A stretch of 42,114 nucleotides of DNA, taken from positions 1 through 42,114 of the forward strand of contig CAWCVB010000016.1 in NCBI GenBank assembly GCA_963798915.1, in the 5' to 3' direction. The position numbers and the translations under genes are program-made. Positions 18,109 through 26,958 of this stretch are shown piece by piece. The first letter of the stretch is position 1. The number at the start of each line of letters is the position of its first letter. A model generated the notes under the pieces. That model saw nothing but the letters and a program-made list of their open reading frames with translations. It searched no databases and was not told where the DNA came from. This DNA comes from an uncultured Gemmatimonadales bacterium (lineage in GTDB: Bacteria; Gemmatimonadota; Gemmatimonadetes; Gemmatimonadales; GWC2-71-9).

Positions 18109-19223
18109 TGCTGGCACGGAGCTTCATGGTGGGCCAACTCCGGTGCCACACACTTGAGGGCGGCCTGCAGCGGCTCGACGGCGGCGCCATGTTCGGCGTG
18201 GTTCCCAAGCCACTCTGGGAGCGCGCCATCGCGCCGGACGAGCGTAACCGCATTCCCCTCGGCATGCGATGCCTCCTGGTGGAGCACCCAGACGGATTGG
18301 TGCTGATTGACACTGCCGTCGGCACCAAGGATGACGCCAAGTTCCGCGGCATCTACGGCATCGAGAATCCGGGCCGGGTCGGCGGGAGCCAACTCGAGGA
18401 TGCCATTCTGGAGACCGGGCATCGTCCCGAAGACGTCCGCTTCGTCATCAACACGCACCTGCATTTTGATCATGCCGGCGGCAACACCACGGCGCTCCCG
18501 CCTGCTGCGGGCGAACCGCACGGTGCGGTGCGGCCGGCCTTTCCCAAGGCCACCTATGTCATGCAGCGCGGGGAACTGGAATTTGCCCGCAAGACCAACG
18601 AGCGCACCCGGGCCAGTTACCTGGCCGATAACTTCGAGCCGGTGGCGACCTCGGGACGGCTGCGGCTGCTCAACGGGGATCAGGAGATTCTTCCCGGCAT
18701 TCAGGCCCGCCTGACACCGGGGCACGTGCCATGGCATCAGGCGGTACTGGTCACCAGTGGCGGTGAGACGGCCGCGTTCGTGGCCGACCTCGTGCCCACC
18801 TCGGCTCACCTTCGGCTCCCCTGGATCATGAGCTACGACCTGGAGCCGCTGCGCTCGCTGGAGACCAAGCGCGCCATCCTGCGAGAGGCGGCCCAGGAGG
18901 GCTGGCGGCTGGTCTTCGAGCACGATCCCGCAATCGCCTGGGGTCGGCTGGTCCGCCGGGGTGCATCCGCCGAGCTGGAGGAGACCGAGGTGGTGGCGGG
19001 ACAACAGGTTGACACTGATCCTGAGCGTCCGCTAGGTTTGCCTCGAATCAAGCGGGCCAGGATTGGCCCCACCCTCGAGCCTGCGCGCAGCGCGGAGCGA
19101 CCGGGTCCCAGGCGAAACTTCCGCGGAGAGCCCGCGGCGCTACGGACATCCGGATTTCATGCGGATGTCCGTTTTCTGTTCCTGACCCGCATCACTGAGG
19201 AGGTTGCCACTGTCCACGAATGA
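18105..19223 (+). CDS. MBL-fold metallo-hydrolase (YtnP-like) with a long C-terminal tail
   Basis: LDGGAMFGVVPKPLW, THLHFDHAGG, PGHVPWHQ, ADL, FEHDP. Confidence 0.88.
   Translation: MMLARSFMVGQLRCHTLEGGLQRLDGGAMFGVVPKPLWERAIAPDERNRIPLGMRCLLVEHPDGLVLIDTAVGTKDDAKFRGIYGIENPGRVGGSQLEDAILETGHRPEDVRFVINTHLHFDHAGGNTTALPPAAGEPHGAVRPAFPKATYVMQRGELEFARKTNERTRASYLADNFEPVATSGRLRLLNGDQEILPGIQARLTPGHVPWHQAVLVTSGGETAAFVADLVPTSAHLRLPWIMSYDLEPLRSLETKRAILREAAQEGWRLVFEHDPAIAWGRLVRRGASAELEETEVVAGQQVDTDPERPLGLPRIKRARIGPTLEPARSAERPGPRRNFRGEPAALRTSGFHADVRFLFLTRITEEVATVHE
19009..19038 (+). promoter_or_regulatory. Sigma70-type promoter for infC-rpmI-rplT
   Basis: TTGACA (19009-19014), 18-bp spacer, TAGGTT (19033-19038). 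Confidence 0.65.
19050..19180 (+). ncRNA. Candidate structured cis-regulatory leader of infC (L20-leader-like)
   Basis: Several stems plus a terminator-like hairpin between the predicted promoter and the infC SD; same position as the Firmicutes L20 leader. Confidence 0.5.
19142..19180 (+). terminator. Intrinsic terminator / attenuator upstream of infC
   Basis: Perfect 11-bp stem ACGGACATCCG / CGGATGTCCGT followed by TTTCTGTT. Confidence 0.7.
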
Positions 19224-19731
19224 CCGCGAACGCCGCACCAGGGTGAACCGGCAAATCCGGATCAGCCCGGTCCGAGTCATCGGACCCGGCGGCGAGCAGT
19301 TGGGAGTGCTACCAGTAGACGAAGCGTTATCTGCGGCCCAGGAGCGGGGCCTCGATCTGGTCGAGGTGGCTCCGATGGCCCGTCCTCCTGTGGTCAAGAT
19401 CATGGACTACGGGAAATACAAGTTCGAGGAAGCCAAGGCGGCCCGCGCGGCCAAGAAGAAGCAGCATGTGATCCAGCTCAAGGAAGTGAAGCTGCGGCCC
19501 AACATCGAGGACCATGACTTCGACTTCAAGACGCGGCATGCGCGCGAGTTCCTGGGTGAGGGCAACAAGGTGAAGGTGACGATGATGTTCCGCGGCCGCC
19601 AGCTGGCGCACGTGGAGATCGGCAAGGCGGTCCTGGACCGGGTCGCCGCCATGCTGGGAGACGTAGGCAAGGTTGAGGCGGAAGCACGGCTGGAAGGCCG
19701 CAACATGACGATGGTACTCGCGCCCCGCTAG
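19210..19731 (+). CDS. infC: Translation initiation factor IF-3 (probable CTG start; ORF track starts at TTG 19204)
   Basis: [46 protein letters not shown] at 19197-19204. Confidence 0.97.
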   Translation: MSTNDRERRTRVNRQIRISPVRVIGPGGEQLGVLPVDEALSAAQERGLDLVEVAPMARPPVVKIMDYGKYKFEEAKAARAAKKKQHVIQLKEVKLRPNIEDHDFDFKTRHAREFLGEGNKVKVTMMFRGRQLAHVEIGKAVLDRVAAMLGDVGKVEAEARLEGRNMTMVLAPR

Positions 19732-19754
19732 GGCGCATGGAGAGAGTGGAAACA

Positions 19755-19949
19755 ATGCCCAAGATGAAGACCAAGCGTGCCGCGGCCAAGCGCTTCACGC
19801 GAACCGCGTCCGGAAAGCTCAAGCGCTTCCACGCGAATCACAGCCATATCCTGACCAAGAAGTCGCGCAAGCGGAAGAACCAGCTCAAGAAGGGTGATCT
19901 GGTGAGTTCGGCTGATTACCCGCGCATCAACCGCCTGCTCAAGGCCTAA
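19755..19949 (+). CDS. rpmI: 50S ribosomal protein L35
   Basis: [14 protein letters not shown]...[11 protein letters not shown]. Confidence 0.97.
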   Translation: MPKMKTKRAAAKRFTRTASGKLKRFHANHSHILTKKSRKRKNQLKKGDLVSSADYPRINRLLKA

Positions 19950-19958
19950 GGAACTGCC

Positions 19959-20315
19959 ATGCCGAGAGTCAAGAACGGTGTCGCCCACCACGCCCGCAAG
20001 AAGAAGGTCATGGAAGCCGCCAAGGGCGCGCGCGGTGGCCGCAGCAAGCTCTACAAGTCGGCCAAGGAGACGGTTGAGCGCGGGATGCGCTACGCCTATC
20101 GGGACCGACGCAAGAAGAAGAGTGAATTCCGTGCGCTCTGGATCACCCGCATCAATGCCGCGGCCCGGCTGCATGGCCTGAGCTACAGCCGTCTCATGGC
20201 CGGCCTCAAGAAGGCGGGCGTGGAGGTGAACCGGAAGGTCCTGGCGGACCTGGCTGTTCATGACGCCGATGCGTTCGGGAAGATCGCGGAGATGGCGCGA
20301 AGCGCCGAAGGCTGA
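19959..20315 (+). CDS. rplT: 50S ribosomal protein L20
   Basis: MPRVK...[25 protein letters not shown]...NRKVLADLA. Confidence 0.98.
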   Translation: MPRVKNGVAHHARKKKVMEAAKGARGGRSKLYKSAKETVERGMRYAYRDRRKKKSEFRALWITRINAAARLHGLSYSRLMAGLKKAGVEVNRKVLADLAVHDADAFGKIAEMARSAEG

Positions 20316-20360
20316 ACGCTGAAGGCCTGGCATCACCCTGCCTTCAGCGTTCAGCTTTCA
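20311..20360 (+). terminator. 16-bp hairpin after rplT (terminator or mRNA-stabilising stem)
   Basis: GCTGAACGCTGAAGGC (20311-20326) / GCCTTCAGCGTTCAGC (20340-20355), then only TTT. Confidence 0.55.
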
Positions 20361-20390
20361 CGCGCTCCAGCCCTGCATCCCATCACACTC

Positions 20391-21452
20391 ATGCACCCAA
20401 CCGGCATCCCCGAACTCGACGCGCTGCTCGCGAGACTCCCGGGAATCGCCGCTCTCGGCGCCGCCGAACTTGACGCCGAGCATACGGCCGTTCTTGGGCG
20501 AAAGGCAGGAGCCCTCACCGCCCTGTCACGCGCCATTCCGTCGCTCCCGCCGGCGCAGCGCCGACCATTCGGCGCGGCCCTCAATCAGGTCAAGGCCGCA
20601 TTCGAGACGGCCTTCGACAGTCGTCGCGCCGCCCTCGCCGAGATCGCCGCCCAGGCGGAGGCGGCCCGGGTCGACCTCACCATGCCGGCCCGGCATCGCT
20701 GGACTGGCAGTGAGCACCCGGTGACGCGAACCATCACCGAGATCTGCGACATTTTCCGCCAGCTCGGATTTGTCGTTGCGGTCGGCCCGGAGGTCGAGAG
20801 CGAGTGGTACAATTTCTTCTCGCTCAACTTTCCGGCTGACCATCCGGCGCTCGACCTGCACGACACGCTGTACCTGGACGCGCCGGCCGAACCCGGAGAA
20901 CGGGGCGGGCGGCTGCTGCTGCGTACCCACACGTCACCGGTGCAGATCCGGACCCTGCTCGAACAGCCGCTGCCCGTTCGCGCGCTCATGCCGGGCATGG
21001 TCTATCGCAAGGATCCCTTCGATCCGTCACACGCGCCGGCCTTCCAGCAAATCGAGGGGCTGGCCGTTGACGAGGGCATCTCCTTTGTGGACCTCAAGGC
21101 CACGCTGGTGCATTTCGCGCGGCGCTTCTTCGCGGCCGATACCCGGACGCGCTTTCGGCCGTCCTTCTTTCCGTTCACCGAGCCATCGGCGGAGATGGAC
21201 GTCGAATGCCAGCTCTGCCACGGCAGCGGCTGCGGCGCCTGCAAGGGCACCGGCTGGATGGAGATCCTGGGGTGCGGCATGGTGCACCCACGGGTCCTGC
21301 TCAACTGCGGCGTGGATCCCGAGCGCTACAGCGGCTGGGCCTTCGGCATGGGTCCGGGCCGCATCACCATGAATCGCTACGGCATCACCGACATTCGTCA
21401 TCTCTACGACGGCGACATGCGCCTCCTGCGGCAGCTGGCGGGGGCCTCGTGA
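20391..21452 (+). CDS. pheS: Phenylalanine-tRNA ligase alpha subunit
   Basis: LLRTHTSPVQIR, FQQIEGL, RFRPSFFPFTEP, GWAFGMG. Confidence 0.97.
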   Translation: MHPTGIPELDALLARLPGIAALGAAELDAEHTAVLGRKAGALTALSRAIPSLPPAQRRPFGAALNQVKAAFETAFDSRRAALAEIAAQAEAARVDLTMPARHRWTGSEHPVTRTITEICDIFRQLGFVVAVGPEVESEWYNFFSLNFPADHPALDLHDTLYLDAPAEPGERGGRLLLRTHTSPVQIRTLLEQPLPVRALMPGMVYRKDPFDPSHAPAFQQIEGLAVDEGISFVDLKATLVHFARRFFAADTRTRFRPSFFPFTEPSAEMDVECQLCHGSGCGACKGTGWMEILGCGMVHPRVLLNCGVDPERYSGWAFGMGPGRITMNRYGITDIRHLYDGDMRLLRQLAGAS

Positions 21453-23830
21453 ACATTTCCCGACGCTGGCTTGAGGATTTTCTGCGTCGCCCGCTCGACC
21501 CGAAGGATGTCGCGGATCGCCTCGCCATGCTCGGTGCCCCGGTCGATGCCGTGGAGCCAGTTCACCATGACCTTGCACCCATCGTCGTCGCGCTGGTCGA
21601 GCGCGTCGGGCCGCATCCCGACGCCGACCGCCTCCGCCTGTGCCTGGTCAACGACGGCAGCGACGCGCTCAGGCACGTCGTCTGTGGGGCGCCCAATGTC
21701 AGCGCCGGCCGGCGCTACCCGTTCATCCGGGTCGGAAGCCAGCTGCCCGGCGGCCTCACGATCGAGAAGCGGAAGATTCGCGGCCAGCCAAGCGAGGGCA
21801 TGCTCTGCTCCGAGCGCGAACTCGGTCTGGGCCAGGAGCACGACGGCATCTGGGAGCTGCCCGTGGAGGCGGCGCCCGGCACACCGTTGCTGGACGTGCT
21901 GCCGCTTGCCGACGAGCGGTTCGTGCTCGACATCACCCCCAATCGCCCCGATCTCCTCGGCCACAAGGGCGTGGCCCGCGAGCTGGCCGCCTCCCTGGGC
22001 GTGCCCTTTCGGCTGCCGGCGTTTCCCGGTTCCCCGCCGGACGTGCCGGCAGCAGCGCGGGCCGGGCGGGATGGCGCCACGGCCGGCATCCGCGTGGCCA
22101 TCGAAGACGCGGGGGGCTGCCGCCGGTTTCATGGAGCGGTGATTCGCGGCGTCACCGTGGGCCCGTCGCCGGAGTGGCTGCGGCGGCGACTCGAGGCGGT
22201 GGGCGCCCGAAGCATCAACAACGTGGTCGACGCGACCAATTACGTCATGCTGGAGCATGCCCAGCCCACCCACGCCTACGACCTGGCGAAGTTGCGCGGG
22301 CCTGCGGTGGTGGCCCGGCGCGCTCGCGCGGGAGAGACACTGGTCACGCTCGATGGCGTCGATCGGACCCTGGACGAATCCATGACGGTGATCGCCGATG
22401 CGGAAGGTCCGATCGGTATTGCCGGCGTGATGGGCGGTGCCGCCAGCGAAGTGGATGCGCGCACCACCGACCTCTTTCTGGAATGTGCCTGGTTCGATCC
22501 GCCACAGGTCCGCCGCGCGCGCCGTGCGCTCGGGCTGAGCACCGACGCCAGCTATCGGTTTGAGCGTGGCGTGGACCTTTGGGCGGCGCCGGAAGCGTTT
22601 CGTCGCCTGCTCGAGCTGGTGCTGCTTGTCGCGGGGGGCTCCCTCGACGGGGAGCCGATCGACCTCTGGCCCGACGTCTCCCACCCGCCGCGACTGTTTC
22701 TGCGCCTCGATCGCGTCAGTCAGGTGCTTGGCGTCCCGATGGACCTCCATGCGGTCGAGCGTTATCTCGTCTCCATCGGCGCCATCTGTGTCGCCAAGCC
22801 GGAGGAGCGTCGCATCGCGGTTGACGTGCCGGGGTGGCGGCCTGACCTGGTGGATGAGATCGATTTGATCGAGGAGGTGGCGCGCCAGCACGGTTACGAC
22901 GCTTTCCCGTCCGAGCTGGCCAGCTTTCGCGCGAGCAGCCAGCCGGAGGCGCCGATCGTGGCGGTGCTGGCCCAGGTCCGGCGTGCCATGTCCGGACAGG
23001 GGCTCCACGAGGTCGTCACGTTGCCGCTGGTGAGGCCCGGCTCGGACCGGGGCGTCTCGCTGCTGAATCCGCTCTCGGCAGAGGAAGGCGAGATTCGCCG
23101 CAGCATACTTCCGTCGCTTGTGCGGCAGGTGGAGCGAAACTGGGCCGCCTTGACCCGGGATGTCCGGCTCTTTGAAGCGGGCACCGTGTTCGAGCCCGCG
23201 CACGATGCCGGCCGGCCGGTGGAGCGAACTCACTTGGCGGCGATACTGTCGGGTGGCCGGGAGCCGGCCCACTGGACGGGAGAGTCCCCCGACGTCGACC
23301 TCTGGGACATCAAGGGTGTACTTGAAGTCGCCCTGCAGGCCGCCAACCCGGGCGCGGTGGTCGAGCCAGCGGACGGCGGCTGGGCCGTCTACGATGGCAA
23401 GAGGCGTCGCTGCGGGTGGGCTGGCCGTCTGGTGGCTGACGCGCCGCCCTGGGCGAGTCCTGTCTTTGGCCTGGAGGTCGAGGTGGCGATTGGTCCGCGG
23501 ATCCGTCCCGCCTTCACGCCGCAGCCCGTCACGCCGCCATCGGATCGTGACGTCACCCTGCTGGTGCCCGATGGCATCTCGAGCGCTGCTCTCACGGGCG
23601 CGTTCGCGCAATCCGGCCTGCCGGTGCTAGAATCAGTCAAGATCGTCAACGAATATCGAGGTCCGCGCGTGGCGGAAAGGACGAGGAGCGTGACCGTCCG
23701 ATTCCGGTTCCGGGCTGCGGATCGCACACTGGAATCGACCGAAATTGATCGGGCCGAGACTCGGCTTCTCGCCACGTTGGAGCGGGAGACCGGCGTTCGG
23801 CGTCGGGAACAGCAGGGCGCGGAGGGTTGA
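21449..23830 (+). CDS. pheT: Phenylalanine-tRNA ligase beta subunit
   Basis: GTG overlaps the pheS stop; HPDADRL, VVCGAPN, SEGMLCS, ITPNRPD, SYRFERG, DLIEEVAR. Confidence 0.97.
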   Translation: MNISRRWLEDFLRRPLDPKDVADRLAMLGAPVDAVEPVHHDLAPIVVALVERVGPHPDADRLRLCLVNDGSDALRHVVCGAPNVSAGRRYPFIRVGSQLPGGLTIEKRKIRGQPSEGMLCSERELGLGQEHDGIWELPVEAAPGTPLLDVLPLADERFVLDITPNRPDLLGHKGVARELAASLGVPFRLPAFPGSPPDVPAAARAGRDGATAGIRVAIEDAGGCRRFHGAVIRGVTVGPSPEWLRRRLEAVGARSINNVVDATNYVMLEHAQPTHAYDLAKLRGPAVVARRARAGETLVTLDGVDRTLDESMTVIADAEGPIGIAGVMGGAASEVDARTTDLFLECAWFDPPQVRRARRALGLSTDASYRFERGVDLWAAPEAFRRLLELVLLVAGGSLDGEPIDLWPDVSHPPRLFLRLDRVSQVLGVPMDLHAVERYLVSIGAICVAKPEERRIAVDVPGWRPDLVDEIDLIEEVARQHGYDAFPSELASFRASSQPEAPIVAVLAQVRRAMSGQGLHEVVTLPLVRPGSDRGVSLLNPLSAEEGEIRRSILPSLVRQVERNWAALTRDVRLFEAGTVFEPAHDAGRPVERTHLAAILSGGREPAHWTGESPDVDLWDIKGVLEVALQAANPGAVVEPADGGWAVYDGKRRRCGWAGRLVADAPPWASPVFGLEVEVAIGPRIRPAFTPQPVTPPSDRDVTLLVPDGISSAALTGAFAQSGLPVLESVKIVNEYRGPRVAERTRSVTVRFRFRAADRTLESTEIDRAETRLLATLERETGVRRREQQGAEG

Positions 23831-24138
23831 GCGTGGCATACGCGTATGAGCGGCCGGACCTGCAGGCGGTTGAGGAAGTCGAGACGCTGGTGCGCCACCT
23901 GCTCGACGAGCTCGGGGGCTGGCGCCGGCGCTGCCTCAAGGCGGAAGCGGAACTGCAACAGGCGCGGGAATCGGGCCCCAATGCCGGATCCAGCCCGCGC
24001 GCGGTGCGTGACCGGGTGGTGCAGCTCGAGACCGAAAATCAGCTGTTGCGCCGCCGGGTGGACGCCGCCCGTGAGCGGGTGCAGGCGCTCGTCGGCCGCC
24101 TGTCGTTTCTCGAGGAGCAGGCAGGGGGCGTGGCGTGA
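23827..24138 (+). CDS. Small coiled-coil protein, ZapB-like by position
   Basis: Heptad-rich (LETENQLLRRRVDAARERVQALVGRL); translationally coupled between pheT and zapA. Confidence 0.7.
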   Translation: MSVAYAYERPDLQAVEEVETLVRHLLDELGGWRRRCLKAEAELQQARESGPNAGSSPRAVRDRVVQLETENQLLRRRVDAARERVQALVGRLSFLEEQAGGVA

Positions 24139-24455
24139 CGGCTCCCCGCAGCGCGGTCCGGGTGGTCATCGGTGGGGAAGAACTTTCCGTCCGATCGGAC
24201 CTTCCGCCGGAATACACGCGTGAAGTTGCCGCCTACCTCGATGCTGCCTTCAAGCGGGTGAAGGACTCAATGCCGGCCGTGGAAACGCATAAGGCCGCTA
24301 TCCTCGCTGCACTGGCGATCACCGATGAACTCTTCCAGGCCCGCCGTGGTGACCGCGAGATCGCCGGGCGCTTGACCACCCTCGCTGAAGACGTCGCGCG
24401 GCTGCTGCCGCCGGGCAAGCGTGGGAAGCGCTCGGGGCGCTCGCCCGCTGGCTGA
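24135..24455 (+). CDS. zapA: Cell division protein ZapA
   Basis: VRVVIGGEELSVR...EVAAYLD...AILAALAITDELF. Confidence 0.88.
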   Translation: MTAPRSAVRVVIGGEELSVRSDLPPEYTREVAAYLDAAFKRVKDSMPAVETHKAAILAALAITDELFQARRGDREIAGRLTTLAEDVARLLPPGKRGKRSGRSPAG

Positions 24456-24480
24456 ATTCGCTGTTCCGGGGAGTTAGTTC

Positions 24481-26061
24481 ATGAACCCGACCCAACTCAT
24501 CGCAATCGGCATTGGTGGCGTTGTCGGCATCCTGGTCGCCGTCATCGCTGTCTCCGCCTACACCGCGCGCCAGCGACGCAGCGCGGAAGGCATCGTCAAT
24601 CGCGCCAATGCCGATGCCGAGCAGACCCGCAGCGCGGCGGCCCGGGAGGCGGAGCGGCTGCGTTCGGAAGCCGCCCTGGGAGCCAAGGCTGAGGCGCTGC
24701 GCCTGCGCGAGGAGGCCGAGAAGGAGCTGGGCCGGCGCCGTGGGGAGCTCGAGCGGCTGGAGCGCCGAACGGAAAAGCAGGGACAGGAACTGGACCAGAA
24801 GCTCGAGGAGATCCGGACCCGGGAGCGCGAGTTTGGCCGGAAGCAGGAGACATTTGCCCAGCGGGAAGAACAACTGCGCGAGCGCACGGCCGGCATCGAC
24901 AAGCTGGAGGAGCAGCAGCGGCAGCGGCTCGAACGCATCGCGGGATTGACAACCGACGAGGCGCGGCGGGAGATTCTGCAGCGCGTCGAGGATGAGGCGC
25001 GGAGCCAGGCCAGCGCGCTGGCGCGCGACATCAAGGAGCAGGCCAAGCGCTCCGCGGACCGGGAAGCCCGCCGGATCATTGCCATGGCGGCCCAGCGGCT
25101 GGCGGCCGAGCATACGTCGGAATCGACCGTGAGCACGGTCACCCTTCCCAGCGACGAGATGAAGGGCCGTATCATCGGGCGTGAAGGGCGGAACATCCGC
25201 GCCTTCGAGACCGCGACCGGCGTGGACGTCATCATCGATGACACGCCGGATACGGTGGTGATTTCCTGCTTCGACCCGGTGCGGCGGGAAGTGGCGCGTC
25301 GCTCGCTCGAGCAGCTCATCCAGGACGGTCGGATCCACCCCGGCCGCATCGAGGAGCTGGTGGACAAGTGCCGCAAGGAGCTTGAGGGCCAGCTTGTCGA
25401 GCTGGGCGAGCAGGCGGCCTTCGAGACCGGGATCAACGGCATCCATCCGGAACTGATCAAGCTCGTGGGCCGGATGCGCTATCGCACCTCGTACGGCCAG
25501 AACATCCTCGACCATTCCAAGGAAGTGGCCTGGCTCGCCGGCATGATGGCGGCCGAACTGAAGCTGGACGCCAGCCTCGCCAAGCGTGGCGGTCTGCTGC
25601 ACGACGTGGGCAAGGTCCTGACCCACGAGAATGAAGGGACGCACGTGCAGCTCGGCGTCGAGGTCGCGCGGCGCTACGGCGAAACCGAGGCGGTGATCAA
25701 CTGCATCGAAGCGCATCACGACGACGTCCCGCACGACTCCGCGGAGAGCGTGCTGGTGCAGGCCGCCGACGCCATCAGCGGTGCCCGGCCGGGCGCACGA
25801 CGCGAGGCGTTTGAGACCTATGTCAAGCGGCTGACGCGCCTTGAGGAAATTGCCAACGAGTTCCAGGGCGTCGAGAAGACCAATGTCATCCAGGCGGGTC
25901 GCGAGGTCCGCGTCATCGTCACGCCGGAACGCGTGGACGACGCCGGGGCGGTGCAGCTCTCCGAATCCATTGCCAAGCGGATCGAGGCCGAGTTGCAGTA
26001 TCCCGGGCAGATCCGGGTCGTGGTCATTCGCGAGACCCGTGCCGTGGGAATCGCCAAGTGA
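24481..26061 (+). CDS. rny: Ribonuclease Y
   Basis: N-terminal TM helix, coiled coil, KH ([13 protein letters not shown]), HD (LLHDVGK), [12 protein letters not shown]. Confidence 0.97.
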   Translation: MNPTQLIAIGIGGVVGILVAVIAVSAYTARQRRSAEGIVNRANADAEQTRSAAAREAERLRSEAALGAKAEALRLREEAEKELGRRRGELERLERRTEKQGQELDQKLEEIRTREREFGRKQETFAQREEQLRERTAGIDKLEEQQRQRLERIAGLTTDEARREILQRVEDEARSQASALARDIKEQAKRSADREARRIIAMAAQRLAAEHTSESTVSTVTLPSDEMKGRIIGREGRNIRAFETATGVDVIIDDTPDTVVISCFDPVRREVARRSLEQLIQDGRIHPGRIEELVDKCRKELEGQLVELGEQAAFETGINGIHPELIKLVGRMRYRTSYGQNILDHSKEVAWLAGMMAAELKLDASLAKRGGLLHDVGKVLTHENEGTHVQLGVEVARRYGETEAVINCIEAHHDDVPHDSAESVLVQAADAISGARPGARREAFETYVKRLTRLEEIANEFQGVEKTNVIQAGREVRVIVTPERVDDAGAVQLSESIAKRIEAELQYPGQIRVVVIRETRAVGIAK

Positions 26062-26939
26062 CCGCGCGCCTCATCGATGGCGCGCGCCATGCCCAGGCTA
26101 TCCGCGACGAGGTGGCGGCCGACGTGCGGACGCTGGCAGCCGCGGGCCACCAGCCGGGATTGGCAGTGGTCATTGTGGGTGAGGATCCCGCCAGCCAGGT
26201 CTATGTGCGGGCCAAGGGGAAGGCGTGCCTGGAGGCCGGGATGCACTCCGAGACCATCCGCCTGCCCGCTGACACCAGCCAGGCCGAGCTTCTGGCCACG
26301 GTGGACCGGCTCAACCAGGATCCGGCCATTCACGGCATATTGGTCCAGCTGCCGTTGCCGCGGCAGCTGGACGAACGCGAGGTGCTGCTGCGGCTGGATC
26401 CGGCCAAGGACGTGGACGGTTTTCATCCGATCAATGTCGGCAAGGTCGCCATCAGCGATCCCACCGGGTTTCGTCCCTGCACGCCCTACGGCGTGCAACA
26501 GATGCTCATCCGTGAGGGCATCGAGACTACCGGCGCGCATGCCGTGATCGTTGGCCGCTCCAACATTGTGGGCCGGCCAATGGCGTCGCTGCTGCTCGCC
26601 AATGGTCCCGGTGGCAATGCCACGGTGACCGTCTGTCACTCTCGGACCCGTGACCTGCCGGCGGTGACCCGTTCGGCGGACATCGTCATCGTCGCAATCG
26701 GCAAGGCCCAATTCCTCAGGCAGGACATGATCCGCGAGGGTGCCACCGTGATGGATGTCGGCATCAACCGGGTGCCAGACGCGTCGGCTCCGAAGGGCTA
26801 CCGCCTGGTTGGCGATGTGGCTTTTGACGAGGTCGCGGCGCGAGCCGGCGCCATCACGCCGGTACCGGGCGGCGTTGGCCGGATGACCATTGCCATGCTG
26901 CTCAGGAATACCGTTCAGGCCTGCCAGCAGCTCGCTTGA
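26058..26939 (+). CDS. folD: Methylenetetrahydrofolate dehydrogenase/cyclohydrolase
   Basis: [40 protein letters not shown]. Confidence 0.97.
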   Translation: MTARLIDGARHAQAIRDEVAADVRTLAAAGHQPGLAVVIVGEDPASQVYVRAKGKACLEAGMHSETIRLPADTSQAELLATVDRLNQDPAIHGILVQLPLPRQLDEREVLLRLDPAKDVDGFHPINVGKVAISDPTGFRPCTPYGVQQMLIREGIETTGAHAVIVGRSNIVGRPMASLLLANGPGGNATVTVCHSRTRDLPAVTRSADIVIVAIGKAQFLRQDMIREGATVMDVGINRVPDASAPKGYRLVGDVAFDEVAARAGAITPVPGGVGRMTIAMLLRNTVQACQQLA

Positions 26940-26958
26940 CCCGCGCCCGGTTCTCGCC

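Noticed and set aside
20356..20390. T-box or pheM-type attenuator before pheS
   Set aside because: The gap is too short, with no T-box motif and no Phe-rich leader peptide
21205..21255. CxxC-x4-CxxC insert in PheS (CQLCHGSGCGACKG)
   Set aside because: A known variant in many bacterial PheS proteins
21404..23611. Long antisense ORFs (735 aa here; also 2784..4607, 5989..7539, 24319..25734, 30688..31998)
   Set aside because: They lie opposite well-conserved genes, have no recognisable motifs, and are expected from stop-codon scarcity in GC-rich coding DNA
24456..24480. 6S RNA (ssrS), often found after zapA
   Set aside because: The zapA-rny gap is only 25 bp and holds the rny SD
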